A stretch of DNA of 64,000 nt from an uncultured Acidimicrobium sp. (GTDB lineage Bacteria; Actinomycetota; Acidimicrobiia; Acidimicrobiales; Ilumatobacteraceae), in the NCBI GenBank assembly GCA_964633985.1, contig CAZWKD010000002.1:15375-79374 (forward strand), given 5' to 3'. Made by a program: the position numbers and the translations under genes. Positions within the stretch are counted from its first letter, which is position 1, and each line of letters begins with the position of its first letter. This document shows positions 38,347-48,153 of the stretch, one piece after another. The notes under the pieces were generated by a model that saw only the letters and a program-made list of their open reading frames with translations, made no database searches and had not been told where the DNA came from.

Positions 38347-38957
38347 AGATGCCGATGTTCCCGCTGGGAACGGTGCTCCTACCCGGATGCCTGTTGCCGT
38401 TGCACGTGTTCGAGGATCGTTACAAGAAGTTGTTCAACGATCTGAGCGGGGATCGTCAATTGTTCGGGGTCTGCCTCATCGAACGGGGCAGTGAGGTTGG
38501 CGGTGGGGACACGCGATTCAATGTGGGCACCGTTGCCCGGGTGCTCCTGCGGCGAGATCTTGATGGTGGCCGTCTGGCGATCGTTGTGGGCGGCACGAAT
38601 CGTTTTCGCGTGACCAAATGGTTTGACGAGATCGAATATCCGATTGCAGAGATCGAAGAGTTCGACGACATCGAAGACGTGGAATCATCTGCGATCGACG
38701 AGGTACGACCACTCGTTACGCGCGTCAATTCGATTGCCACAGAACTCGGCTATCCGAACCAGCCCATCGATCCTGTGGAGCAGGGAGGCCCAGTGGTTCG
38801 GTTGTACCACCTCATCGATTCCACGCCACTCGACGTACTCGATCGCCAACGGCTGCTCGAGACCCCCGCCCTTGCTGAACGATTGATCATGTTTCGAACA
38901 TTGCTCGCGGACTTGGAGCAGATGCTCCTGATGAAAATGGGCCAATCGGATGGTTGA
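38343..38957 (+). CDS. Stand-alone Lon N-terminal (substrate-binding, PUA-like) domain protein
   Basis: MKMPMFPLGTVLLPGCLLPLHVFEDRYKKLF is the typical LON N-domain start. 204 aa, no AAA+ or protease domain. ATGA overlap with dacB. Confidence 0.75.
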   Translation: MKMPMFPLGTVLLPGCLLPLHVFEDRYKKLFNDLSGDRQLFGVCLIERGSEVGGGDTRFNVGTVARVLLRRDLDGGRLAIVVGGTNRFRVTKWFDEIEYPIAEIEEFDDIEDVESSAIDEVRPLVTRVNSIATELGYPNQPIDPVEQGGPVVRLYHLIDSTPLDVLDRQRLLETPALAERLIMFRTLLADLEQMLLMKMGQSDG

Positions 38958-39283
38958 ATGACATGGTGTTCGAAAGATTGCCCACACAGTGGTTCTTCGA
39001 GTCAGTGGAGATGTTGTACCGCTACGTGCGGCAAGAACTCGTAGATCCGCTGCGAAACGCAGTTCGCTTTGTGGGCTTCGGACTGCTCGGTGGCGTTTTC
39101 CTCTTGATTGGATTCACGTTCACCGCTATGGGACTCTTGCGCCTGCTCCAATCCGACCTCGTACCGTTCGACGGTGGGTGGTCGTGGGTGCCCTATCTCG
39201 CCGTGGCGATGACGGGCGTCTTGCTCGTGCTTTTCACCTTTTCCCGCATTTCTCGACGTGACTTGGGCGGGAGGCGAGGGTGA
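38954..39283 (+). CDS. Small two-TM membrane protein (topology like actinobacterial holin-X-type proteins; family unverified)
   Basis: 109 aa with TM segments FVGFGLLGGVFLLIGFTFTAMGLL and WVPYLAVAMTGVLLVLFTF. The TTG start overlaps the upstream stop; alternative ATG at 38963. Confidence 0.5.
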   Translation: MNDMVFERLPTQWFFESVEMLYRYVRQELVDPLRNAVRFVGFGLLGGVFLLIGFTFTAMGLLRLLQSDLVPFDGGWSWVPYLAVAMTGVLLVLFTFSRISRRDLGGRRG

Positions 39284-39453
39284 GGTCTGGACGGATCACC
39301 CGTGAGGATTTGGAGCGCCGTCTCGGGGGCGATCTGTCGTTCCAATTGCCTTTTGTCGGCAAATTCACCATGCGACAGGGCCTTGGCGTGTTGGCAGTCG
39401 CAGCAGTGGTGATCGCACGCTTCGCGTTCGGTCGACGCAAGCGACCTGAATGA
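39280..39453 (+). CDS. Unlisted 57-aa single-TM ORF (below the ORF-track size cut-off)
   Basis: Own translation: V RSGRITREDLERRLGGDLSFQLPFVGKFTMRQGLGVLAVAAVVIARFAFGRRKRPE*. The GTG overlaps the upstream stop (GTGA) and its stop overlaps the trmI ATG (ATGA), filling an otherwise 166-nt gap. Confidence 0.4.
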   Translation: MRSGRITREDLERRLGGDLSFQLPFVGKFTMRQGLGVLAVAAVVIARFAFGRRKRPE

Positions 39454-40217
39454 GCGCCTTCAAGACTGGCGACTTCGCCGTATTGATTGATTCGAAGGAT
39501 CGTCGATATCTCGAGGTGCTCGACGATGTCGGAGAGTTCCACACGCATCACGGTGTGGTGCACCATTCGACGATCATCGGTAAGCCCGAGGGATCAGTGG
39601 TGCCGTCCACCAGGGGAGGCAACTACACGGTGATCCGACCGACCCTCGAGGACTTCGTCCTGCGAATGCCGCGTGGAGCGCAAGTCATCTACCCGAAAGA
39701 CATCGCCCACATCACCATGCTCCTCGACATACGCGAAGGCGATCGGGTATTCGAAACTGGAGTCGGCTCTGGTGCGCTGTCGATGGGCTTGTTGCGGGCT
39801 GGTGCGACGGTCGTCGGATTCGAAGTGCGGGAGGATTTCGCGTCGCGCGCGCGCAAGAACATGACCAGTTTCCTAGGCGACGATCGTGCTGCAAAGTATG
39901 ACGTACAGATTGCCGATTCCTACGAGCAGATACCTGACGGACCTTTCGACAAGGTGGCCCTTGACATCCCCGAACCTTGGCGCGTGATTGCCCATACCCC
40001 GAACTATTTGCGACGTGGCGGATTGTTGCTGGCCTACACGCCGAGCGTCACGCAAGTTCAGCGAGTTCACGAAGCACTCGGCGAAGGTTGGATCGATCGC
40101 CGAACGGAAGAGGTGCTGGTGCGCACTTGGCACGTTGAAGGACAAGCAGTGCGCCCAGATCACCGCATGGTGGCACACACGGCCTTCCTGACCGTCGCCC
40201 GTTTCACGGGCTGCTGA
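39450..40217 (+). CDS. trmI: tRNA (adenine58-N1)-methyltransferase TrmI
   Basis: FKTGDFAVLIDSKDRRYL..., VIYPKDIA, ETGVGSGALS (SAM motif), LDIPEPW. This position next to arc matches mycobacterial synteny. Confidence 0.85.
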   Translation: MSAFKTGDFAVLIDSKDRRYLEVLDDVGEFHTHHGVVHHSTIIGKPEGSVVPSTRGGNYTVIRPTLEDFVLRMPRGAQVIYPKDIAHITMLLDIREGDRVFETGVGSGALSMGLLRAGATVVGFEVREDFASRARKNMTSFLGDDRAAKYDVQIADSYEQIPDGPFDKVALDIPEPWRVIAHTPNYLRRGGLLLAYTPSVTQVQRVHEALGEGWIDRRTEEVLVRTWHVEGQAVRPDHRMVAHTAFLTVARFTGC

Positions 40218-40234
40218 ACAGACTTACGGTCTGT

Positions 40235-40480
40235 TTATGGTTCGATGAAGATGCACTCGCCGGGGCACTCTTCGGCAGACTCGATCACTGCATCCAGCTG
40301 ACCATCGGGGATGTTCGCCATTCCCTCAGCACCCTGCGGATTGCCCTTGGCTGTGGCGAATACCTTGTCGCCCTCACGGACGTAGGCAAGTCCGTCATCG
40401 AGCAACGTGAACACGTCCGGAGCAATCTCCTCGCAGAGACCGTCACCCGTGCACAAGTCTTGATCGATCCAGACTTTCAT
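40235..40480 (-). CDS. Small single-cluster ferredoxin ([3Fe-4S]/[4Fe-4S] type)
   Basis: MKVWIDQDLCTGDGLCEEIAPDVF...AEECPGECIFIE. ATG 40480 is preceded by GGAGG at 8 nt. The track ORF extends to 40534. Confidence 0.75.
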   Translation of the reverse strand: MKVWIDQDLCTGDGLCEEIAPDVFTLLDDGLAYVREGDKVFATAKGNPQGAEGMANIPDGQLDAVIESAEECPGECIFIEP

Positions 40481-40580
40481 CCTCATCCTCCTTGACGAAC
40501 CGCTGGCGTCCACCACCAACTGCTCCAAGGACAATACACGGTCGTCCTCGATTACGGCTAGACCGAGGGCACTTGCGCCA

Positions 40581-40609
40581 TTGTGACCTGTCGGGGTGGT
40601 CGCTAGTTT
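40581..40609 (+). promoter_or_regulatory. Candidate sigma-A-type promoter giving a leaderless arc mRNA
   Basis: TTGTGA (40581-86), 17-nt spacer, TAGTTT (40604-09, TANNNT). The arc ATG begins 7 nt after the -10 element and no Shine-Dalgarno sequence lies between them. Confidence 0.3.
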
Positions 40610-40615
40610 CTTGGC

Positions 40616-42271
40616 ATGGACGAGCAGGGCAACGAAAGCCGCTCGCGGAACACGGTCGACGATCAGCGTTTGGTCGAAGAGGCCCGTTCACTTGCTGCCG
40701 AGTATCGCGCCAAGAATGAACGCCTAGAACTGACTCTCCGCGAGGCCAAGGCGCACCTCGAGGCATTGCGCGAAGAGGTTTCCCGACTGAGTCGACCTCC
40801 ACTCACTTATGGCGTGGTGCTCGGAGTCTGCGATGACGGCACCGTCGATGTCTCCGCCAACGGTCGGAAGATGAACGTCGAGTTGGGCGAGGCCTGTGAA
40901 CGCGAGGATCTGGAAGTTGGCGACCAGGTGGTGCTCAATGAGTCGCTCGCCGTGATTGCCCGACGGACACACGAATCTACGGGCGAACTCGTGACTCTCG
41001 AACGCGTTCTGGAGGACGGGGTTCGTGCTGTGGTGCGTTTGCAAGGAGATGAGGAACGAGTCTGCGAATTGGGTGGATCTTTGCGCGGCACCGTCCTGCG
41101 CTCTGGCGATCTTCTCCGACTCGATACTCGATCCGGTCTGTTGCTGGAGAAGCTCGACCAACCAGAGGTCGAACATCTCGTACTCGAAGAGGTTCCGGAT
41201 GTCTCGTACCACGACATCGGTGGTTTGGATGAACAGATCGAACAAATCGCAGATGCCGTCGAACTTCCGTTCCTGCACAAAGACTTGTTCGCAGAATTCC
41301 GCCTTGCCGCACCAAAAGGAATCCTGCTCTACGGTCCTCCTGGGTGCGGAAAGACGTTGATTGCAAAAGCGGTGGCGAACAGTCTCGCCAAGAAGGTGGC
41401 CGCACAGATCGGCGATGCCAAGGGGAAGAGCTACTTCATCAACGTCAAAGGCCCCGAGTTGTTGAACAAGTACGTGGGCGAGACGGAACGTCAGATTCGG
41501 CTCGTCTTTCAGCGTGCGCGTGAAAAGAGTGAAGAGGGCTGGCCGGTCATCGTCTTTTTCGACGAGATGGATTCGATGTTCCGGACTCGAGGCTCGGGAA
41601 TATCCTCGGACATGGAGTCGACCATCGTTCCGCAGCTCCTCGCTGAGATCGACGGCGTTGAGCAGTTGCAAAACGTCATCGTGATCGGCGCCACCAACCG
41701 TGAAGATCTGATCGACCCAGCGATTCTTCGCCCGGGACGTCTGGATGTGAAGATCCGCATCGATCGCCCAGATGCATCTGCTGCACGACAGATCTTCGAG
41801 CGCTATTTGGACGTCGATCTGCCGTTCGATTCAGGGTTGTTGGATCAAGTCACGGATACGGCAACGGCACGAACACGTCTCGTCGATGCAGCAGTGAACG
41901 CCATGTACGAAGTCACCACCGACAACGAATTCCTCGAGGTGACCTATCAGAATGGTGAGAAAGAGACGTTGTATTTCCGCGACTTTGCATCCGGTGCAAT
42001 GATCGAGAACATCGTTCGGCGCGCCAAGAAGTCGGCGGTAAAGAAACGACTGGACGGGAGTGGAACCGGCATCGCGATCGAGGATGTCGTGAATGCAGTG
42101 CGGCAGGAGTTCCTCGAGCATGAGGATCTTCCCAATACGACGAATCCTGACGATTGGGCGAAAATCTCTGGTCGAAAGGGCGAGCGAATCGTCTTCATCA
42201 GGACCCTCCGGTCGCGCGAACGTGGGGGGGCGAAGGCTCTCGATAGGCCAGTGACCGGCCAGTACCTGTAG
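40616..42271 (+). CDS. arc: Proteasome-associated AAA+ ATPase ARC/Mpa
   Basis: N-terminal coiled coil, [28 protein letters not shown], and a C-terminal ...VTGQYL proteasome-docking motif. Confidence 0.95.
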   Translation: MDEQGNESRSRNTVDDQRLVEEARSLAAEYRAKNERLELTLREAKAHLEALREEVSRLSRPPLTYGVVLGVCDDGTVDVSANGRKMNVELGEACEREDLEVGDQVVLNESLAVIARRTHESTGELVTLERVLEDGVRAVVRLQGDEERVCELGGSLRGTVLRSGDLLRLDTRSGLLLEKLDQPEVEHLVLEEVPDVSYHDIGGLDEQIEQIADAVELPFLHKDLFAEFRLAAPKGILLYGPPGCGKTLIAKAVANSLAKKVAAQIGDAKGKSYFINVKGPELLNKYVGETERQIRLVFQRAREKSEEGWPVIVFFDEMDSMFRTRGSGISSDMESTIVPQLLAEIDGVEQLQNVIVIGATNREDLIDPAILRPGRLDVKIRIDRPDASAARQIFERYLDVDLPFDSGLLDQVTDTATARTRLVDAAVNAMYEVTTDNEFLEVTYQNGEKETLYFRDFASGAMIENIVRRAKKSAVKKRLDGSGTGIAIEDVVNAVRQEFLEHEDLPNTTNPDDWAKISGRKGERIVFIRTLRSRERGGAKALDRPVTGQYL

Positions 42272-43786
42272 ATGCTTGCGCCGAAGTTCTGCGGAATCGA
42301 GACCGAATACGGAATCATCTCGCGTGGCCTGGACATGTCTCCGGTCACCGCATCGTCGCTTCTTATTACGGCCTACTGCGGCGATGCGAGCAGGATCGAC
42401 TGGGACTTCGCCATGGAACGTCCCTATGCGGACCTCCGTGGCTTCCTCGTCGACGATCGACTGGATCCGGAGATCGACCATCAAATGGTGAACGTGGTTC
42501 TCACCAATGGAGCTCGTTACTACGTCGACCACGCGCACCCCGAATACTCGTCGCCTGAATGTCGTAGTGCATACGACTTGGTTCTCTACGACCTCGCTGG
42601 CGACGAGATTCTGCGCCGAAGCATGCAACTATCCAGCGAGATTCTTCGGCACCAGGATGCGGAACTTGTCGTGTACAAGAACAACTCGGACGGCAAGGGA
42701 AACTCCTATGGCTGTCACGAGAACTATCTCGTCAGCCGCGCGACCCCTTTTTCCGACATCGTTCGATTCATGACGACACATTTCGTAACACGGCAGATTT
42801 TCACCGGTAGTGGAAAAGTGGGGGTCGAGAACAGCACTGGTCACGACACCTCGTCGTTCCAGATTTCACAGCGCGCCGACTTCTTCGAAGAAGAAGTCGG
42901 GCTGGAAACGACGCTCCGACGTCCGATCATCAACACACGCGACGAACCTCATGCAGACGCCCTGAAGTACCGCCGTCTTCATGTCATCGTCGGTGATGCC
43001 AACATGAGCGAGGTTGCAACTCTCGTCAAGGTTGGAAGCACGCAGATTCTGCTCGCAATGCTCGAGGATCATGCGATCCCTGAATCGCTCGTACTCGACG
43101 AACCTCTCGCCTCGATGTCGAAGGTGAGCAGGGACGTCACCATGTCTCGGCTTCTCCCACTCATCGACGGGTCAATGATGACGGCTCGAGAGATTCAACT
43201 CGAATTGGTGACTGCGGCAGAGCGTTGGTGCAACGCCCAAGAACAGAGCGTCATCTCCACGTACCGTTGGGATGAGATCATTCTCGAATGGAAGTCGATC
43301 GTGGTCGGTCTTCTCAATGCAGAACGCGATGTAGCTGACAGGATCGATTGGCTTGCGAAGAAACGCTTGATCGATGCGTTTCGCGACCGCCACGATCTGT
43401 CACCAACAGATCCACGATTGAAGGCGATCGACCTGCAGTACCACGATCTGCGGAGCGAGCGCTCCCTGGCCAAACGAGCAGGATTGAGATCCCTCGTCAA
43501 AGATGAAGACGTACAACGAGCCGTCGTATCTCCTCCCGCAGACACGCGCGCGTTCTTCCGTGGGGAGATGTTGCGTCGGTGGCCGAACGCAGTCGTGGCC
43601 GCGAACTGGGACAGCATGGTGATCGACACAGGAAGTGGGGCATTGGTGCGGATTCCCATGGATGAGCCGGGTCGTGGCACGAAAGCCCTCGTCGAGCAGA
43701 TACTTGGACAGTCTCGAGACGTGAATGACGTACTGCGTTTGCTCAAGCAAGGCTCCGAGCAAGTTCGCTTGGTGGAGCAGGGATAA
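42272..43786 (+). CDS. dop: Pup deamidase/depupylase Dop
   Basis: [34 protein letters not shown]. 504 aa, longer than the PafA paralog, and immediately upstream of pup. Confidence 0.9.
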   Translation: MLAPKFCGIETEYGIISRGLDMSPVTASSLLITAYCGDASRIDWDFAMERPYADLRGFLVDDRLDPEIDHQMVNVVLTNGARYYVDHAHPEYSSPECRSAYDLVLYDLAGDEILRRSMQLSSEILRHQDAELVVYKNNSDGKGNSYGCHENYLVSRATPFSDIVRFMTTHFVTRQIFTGSGKVGVENSTGHDTSSFQISQRADFFEEEVGLETTLRRPIINTRDEPHADALKYRRLHVIVGDANMSEVATLVKVGSTQILLAMLEDHAIPESLVLDEPLASMSKVSRDVTMSRLLPLIDGSMMTAREIQLELVTAAERWCNAQEQSVISTYRWDEIILEWKSIVVGLLNAERDVADRIDWLAKKRLIDAFRDRHDLSPTDPRLKAIDLQYHDLRSERSLAKRAGLRSLVKDEDVQRAVVSPPADTRAFFRGEMLRRWPNAVVAANWDSMVIDTGSGALVRIPMDEPGRGTKALVEQILGQSRDVNDVLRLLKQGSEQVRLVEQG

Positions 43787-43796
43787 GGTCTCGGTC

Positions 43797-44000
43797 ATGG
43801 CGGAACGAACCAAGAAAGTCGTGGAGCGCACCACGGCGACGGATGCAGAAACGCTCCCCGTCGCCAAGACTGCACGGTCGGACGACAAGAAGACGCGGTT
43901 TGATGACGACATCGACTCGATCCTCGACGAGATCGACGATGTCCTCGAGGCCAACGCAGAGGACTTCGTTCGCAACTACGTGCAAAAGGGCGGGGAGTAG
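43797..44000 (+). CDS. pup: Prokaryotic ubiquitin-like protein Pup (C-terminal GGE)
   Basis: MAERTKKVVERTTATDAE...DDDIDSILDEIDDVLEANAEDFVRNYVQKGGE*. ATG 43797 lies within track ORF 43725..44000. Confidence 0.9.
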   Translation: MAERTKKVVERTTATDAETLPVAKTARSDDKKTRFDDDIDSILDEIDDVLEANAEDFVRNYVQKGGE

Positions 44001-44015
44001 ACCTAGCCTTTCGCC

Positions 44016-44795
44016 ATGTTCACGTTCCGCATGAAAGACGACCCCGGGGCGAATTTCGGTGAATTGTTGAAGCGGGTCGGATTGTCGCCTTTCGACAGCG
44101 TTCGTGACGCCTCATCCCTGGCGATTCCCCACGCGACGACGTGCGTAGCAGTCAGGTGCCAGGGTGGAGTGGTGATGGGCGGCGATCGTCGAGCCACCTC
44201 CGGGAATCTGATCAGCCATCGGGAAATGGAAAAGGTGGTGAAGGCCGACAGCCTCTCCGGTGTCGCGATTGCGGGCGCAGCTGGCCAAGCGATGGAAATG
44301 GTCAAGTTGTTCCAACTGCAGATCGAGCATTACGAGAAAGTGGAGGGCATGAAGCTCTCACTCGACGGTAAAGCCAATCAATTGTCCATGTTGGTGCGAA
44401 GCAACCTCCCAGCAGCGATGCAAGGCCTCATGGTCGTGCCGATCTTTGCGGGCTACGACGACTCAAGCGCTACCGGGAGACTCTGGGACTACGACGCAAC
44501 GGGAGGCAGGTACGAGGAACGTGACTTCGTCGCGACGGGCAGCGGCTCACTTCACGCAGGCGCGGTGCTACGTGTGCAGTGGCGACGGGATCTCACTCCG
44601 GCGGATGCCGTGAAATTGGTGTCGCGCGCATTGTGGGAGGCAGCAGACGCGGATTCGGCCACGGGTGGCCCAGACATCAACCGCGGCATCTATCCGACGG
44701 TCGCGACGATCACGAAAGAGGGTTTCAGGCGAGTCTCGGACGAGGAACTCGCTCAACATTACGAAGAGATCAGGATCGAGGCGCGGTCGCGATGA
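44016..44795 (+). CDS. prcB: 20S proteasome beta subunit
   Basis: Propeptide followed by ...IPHA/TTCVAVRCQGGVVMGGDRRATSGNLI..., GSGSLHA and DSATGGPD. Confidence 0.95.
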   Translation: MFTFRMKDDPGANFGELLKRVGLSPFDSVRDASSLAIPHATTCVAVRCQGGVVMGGDRRATSGNLISHREMEKVVKADSLSGVAIAGAAGQAMEMVKLFQLQIEHYEKVEGMKLSLDGKANQLSMLVRSNLPAAMQGLMVVPIFAGYDDSSATGRLWDYDATGGRYEERDFVATGSGSLHAGAVLRVQWRRDLTPADAVKLVSRALWEAADADSATGGPDINRGIYPTVATITKEGFRRVSDEELAQHYEEIRIEARSR

Positions 44796-45469
44796 GCATG
44801 CCGTTCTATGTAGCCCCTGAACAGATGATGAAGGACCGTGCGGACTACGCGCGAAAGGGAATCTCTCGAGGACGTGCGCTCGTCGCACTGCAGTACGCAG
44901 ACGGCGTGGCAATCGTCGCCGAGAATCCATCGAACACCCTGCGCAAAGTGAGCGAAATCTACGACCGCATCGCTTTCGCGGGTGTGGGCAAGTACAACGA
45001 GTTCGATCAGTTGCGGGTTGCGGGTGTCCGAGCGGCGGATCTAAAGGGATACCAATACTCACGCGACGACGTCGACGCTCGCAGTCTCGCCAACCAGTAC
45101 GCCCAAATCATCGGACAAACCTTCACCCACGAGGTGAAGCCGTTGGAGGTCGAAATTTTGGTTGCAGAGGTGGGGCGGGACGCCGCGGGGGATCAGCTCT
45201 TCCACCTCTTGTATGACGGAACAGTCATCGACGAACATCGATTCTCGGTACTCGGTGGGGATGCCGAGGCGATCCAATCCCGACTCAGCAGCCTGTATAC
45301 CGAGGGAGCTGACCTACGTCAGGCGGTTCGGATCGGCGTGGAGGCGCTCTCGGGTTCATTGACCACACTGGCCGTCAACGATCTCGAAGTTGCCACCCTC
45401 AACCGCAACCATGAACGACGCTGTTTCAATCGAGTCAGCGACGACGTGGTGGCGTCATTCTTGGCCTGA
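44792..45469 (+). CDS. prcA: 20S proteasome alpha subunit
   Basis: ATG 44792 overlaps the prcB stop (ATGA): [33 protein letters not shown]... Confidence 0.95.
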   Translation: MSMPFYVAPEQMMKDRADYARKGISRGRALVALQYADGVAIVAENPSNTLRKVSEIYDRIAFAGVGKYNEFDQLRVAGVRAADLKGYQYSRDDVDARSLANQYAQIIGQTFTHEVKPLEVEILVAEVGRDAAGDQLFHLLYDGTVIDEHRFSVLGGDAEAIQSRLSSLYTEGADLRQAVRIGVEALSGSLTTLAVNDLEVATLNRNHERRCFNRVSDDVVASFLA

Positions 45470-45470
45470 C

Positions 45471-46829
45471 GTGAAACGCCGAATCTTCGGCCTGGAGACG
45501 GAGTTCGGCGTCACGTGCACGTTGCGGGGTCAACGCAGATTGAGTCCGGACGAAGTCGCTCGCTACTTGTTTCGGCGCGTGGTGTCATGGGGACGCTCCT
45601 CGAACGTCTTCCTCGAAAATGGTTCACGGTTGTATCTCGACGTCGGATCGCATCCCGAATATGCCACCGCCGAATGCGACAGCATCCGGGATCTCGTACG
45701 CCAGGACAAAGCGGGAGAGCGCATTCTCGAGGAGTTGATGATCCAAGCAGAGGAGCGTCTGCAGGAGGAGGGCATCCGCGGGCAGATCTTCCTGTTCAAG
45801 AACAACACCGACTTCGCGGGTAACTCCTACGGGTGTCACGAGAACTACCTCACGGCACGTTCGGCCGACACGAGCGCCTACGGATCGGTGCTCATTCCAT
45901 TCCTCGTTTCACGGCAGATCTATTCCGGAGCTGGCCACATCCTGCAAACCGCTCGCGGGCCCGTATACGTGCTTTCACAACGAGCAGAACACGTCTGGGA
46001 ATCGATGAGCTCGGCAACCACGAGGAGTCGGCCGATCATCAACACTCGTGACGAACCTCACGCCGATCCCGAGAAGCACCGTCGGCTACATGTCATCGTC
46101 GGAGATTCGAACATGAGTGAATACACGACTTTCCTCAAAGTCGGTGCTGCTTCCTGCATCCTCATGATGCTCGAAAGCAACGGGTTCGCACTTCCGAACT
46201 TCGAACTCGAAAACCCGATTCGAGCGATTAGGGAGATCAGTCAAGACGTGACGTGCACGCGCAAAGTACGACTAGCAAATGGACGTGAGGTTTCGGCACT
46301 GGACATCCAACGGGATTTCTATGAGTCTGCTTGCAGGTACCACGACCATCGAGGCTTTCCTGCAGAGGAGGCCGAAGCACTTGAGATGTGGGGTGACGTA
46401 CTCAAGGGCCTGGAGTCGGATCCCCAATCGCTTGATGATCGAATCGACTGGATGATCAAGTGGCGGCTCCTCGAGAGCTTCCAGTCGCGACACTCCTGCC
46501 AACTCGACGACGCGCGAATGCAGATGCTCGATCTGCAGTATCACGACATCCGTCGGGATCGGGGAATGTTCTACAAACTAGAAGACCGTGGATTGGCGAG
46601 GCGCGTGGTGACCGATCCGTCGATAACAGAAGCGATGAACCATCCACCACAAACGACTCGCGCCAAGCTTCGAGGGGATTTCATCCGACGAGCAAAGGAA
46701 CGTAAACGGGATTTCACCGTCGACTGGGTACACCTGAAACTCAATGACCAAGCACAGCGAACGGTACTGTGCAGGGATCCTTTCAAGAGCGTTGACGACC
46801 GAGTGGAGAAGTTGATTGCCTCACTTTGA
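45471..46829 (+). CDS. pafA: Pup-protein ligase PafA
   Basis: GTG 45471 lies 1 nt after the prcA stop: [41 protein letters not shown]. 452 aa. Confidence 0.9.
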   Translation: MKRRIFGLETEFGVTCTLRGQRRLSPDEVARYLFRRVVSWGRSSNVFLENGSRLYLDVGSHPEYATAECDSIRDLVRQDKAGERILEELMIQAEERLQEEGIRGQIFLFKNNTDFAGNSYGCHENYLTARSADTSAYGSVLIPFLVSRQIYSGAGHILQTARGPVYVLSQRAEHVWESMSSATTRSRPIINTRDEPHADPEKHRRLHVIVGDSNMSEYTTFLKVGAASCILMMLESNGFALPNFELENPIRAIREISQDVTCTRKVRLANGREVSALDIQRDFYESACRYHDHRGFPAEEAEALEMWGDVLKGLESDPQSLDDRIDWMIKWRLLESFQSRHSCQLDDARMQMLDLQYHDIRRDRGMFYKLEDRGLARRVVTDPSITEAMNHPPQTTRAKLRGDFIRRAKERKRDFTVDWVHLKLNDQAQRTVLCRDPFKSVDDRVEKLIASL

Positions 46830-47391
46830 GAAGAGCGGTTTGCTGAAACAGGTCCGCGAGTGGGTGACGGTGATCGTCGTTGCGGTGGTCATTGCGGTGG
46901 TCGTGCGTGCCTTCTTCCTCCAACAGTTCTACATCTCGGGTCCGAGCATGGAGCCGACGATGTTTCAGGACAATCGTGTCCTCGTCGACAAAATCACCTA
47001 CCGCTTCCGCGAGCCACGTGTCGGGGATGTAGTGGTCTTTGATCGCATCACCATGAACGGTGACGAGGTGCAACACGACGATCTGATCAAGCGAGTCATA
47101 GGCACCCCGGGCGACACCGTGCAGATTCGCGACTGTGCTGTTTCGGTGAACGGTCAGGAGTTGGACGAGTCGTATTTGGATGCCACGGTCCTAGCGACTG
47201 AAGATGCCGCGAGTCGTTGCCGGCAACCCGACATGGAGCCTGTCGTCGTGCCGAATGACGAGTTTTTCGTGATGGGAGACAATCGGCCGGAGTCGTTCGA
47301 CAGCCGATCATTCGGCACCATTTCGCGCGACATCATCGTGGGACGCGCATTCGCCATCGTCTGGCCTGTCGACATGCTGAAAGTGCTGTAG
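46816..47391 (+). CDS. lepB: Signal peptidase I
   Basis: TM helix followed by SGPSMEPTM (catalytic Ser), LIKRVIG (Lys) and [11 protein letters not shown]. Confidence 0.85.
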   Translation: MPHFEKSGLLKQVREWVTVIVVAVVIAVVVRAFFLQQFYISGPSMEPTMFQDNRVLVDKITYRFREPRVGDVVVFDRITMNGDEVQHDDLIKRVIGTPGDTVQIRDCAVSVNGQELDESYLDATVLATEDAASRCRQPDMEPVVVPNDEFFVMGDNRPESFDSRSFGTISRDIIVGRAFAIVWPVDMLKVL

Positions 47392-48108
47392 TCAGTCGGG
47401 GAATGCCGAACTGACACCAACCAGCATCGCGACATCGTCGGCATACAGGGCGTCGATCCCGATCCGCAGCATCTCGGTCGTCTCTGAAACGTGCATGAGT
47501 CCCCACGCGAAACACGCGATGTCGAAACGGTGATACATAGCGACGAGGCCTCCGCTCCAATCTCGCCAATGCATGTTGCAGGCTTTGATGCCTTGGTCGC
47601 GAAGTTGTCGTGCGTGATGTTCGGGGGAGTGTTCGATGACGCGGAGCTTCGTCGAGTGAACGAAACTGAACGAATTCTCCTCGGCTTGCCATTGACTCAG
47701 CAAGGGAAGATCGGGGTGACACACCCACACCGAGTTCGGATTCCGACCTGCCAGGCGGACATCATTGGCGAACGGCAAGAATGCGTCGGCATCCTTGACG
47801 TCGACGCTCACATCGATCGTCTCTGGACTGATCCGCAAGAGTTCCATCCAGGTCGGGAGAAGGCCTCCCAAATCTTCAAGAGCGAATGATCTGATCGGTC
47901 GTCGACGCAAGCTGCTGCGAACCACACCATCATGGTCGATCACCACGGCATCGTCCCTGGTAACCCAGACGTCGGTCTCTAGTCCCGTCGCACCCAGACG
48001 AAGTGCCTCAGAAAACGCGGGCAAGGAGTTCTCAGGGTGAACCAAGTTCGCACCCCGATGGGCGAACAGAATGGGGCGCGCAAACAGTCTCGGCAAGGAC
48101 TGCTGCAT
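47392..48108 (-). CDS. Glycerophosphodiester phosphodiesterase (GDPD) family
   Basis: ILFAHRGANLVHPENSLPAF and GLETDVWVTRDDAVVIDHD. Confidence 0.75.
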   Translation of the reverse strand: MQQSLPRLFARPILFAHRGANLVHPENSLPAFSEALRLGATGLETDVWVTRDDAVVIDHDGVVRSSLRRRPIRSFALEDLGGLLPTWMELLRISPETIDVSVDVKDADAFLPFANDVRLAGRNPNSVWVCHPDLPLLSQWQAEENSFSFVHSTKLRVIEHSPEHHARQLRDQGIKACNMHWRDWSGGLVAMYHRFDIACFAWGLMHVSETTEMLRIGIDALYADDVAMLVGVSSAFPD

Positions 48109-48153
48109 GGCGCGAGCGTACCTTGCCCTGAAGTCGGGTCGTAGAATGTCGGC

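Noticed and set aside
38954-39453. Holin-like small membrane proteins as a sign of a prophage or lysis cassette
   Set aside because: No endolysin, terminase, capsid or integrase genes lie nearby. The genes are embedded in a housekeeping operon by 4-nt overlaps.
40724-41671. 315-aa minus-strand ORF inside arc
   Set aside because: It is antisense to the AAA+ ATPase (Walker A/B and a GQYL tail on the plus strand).
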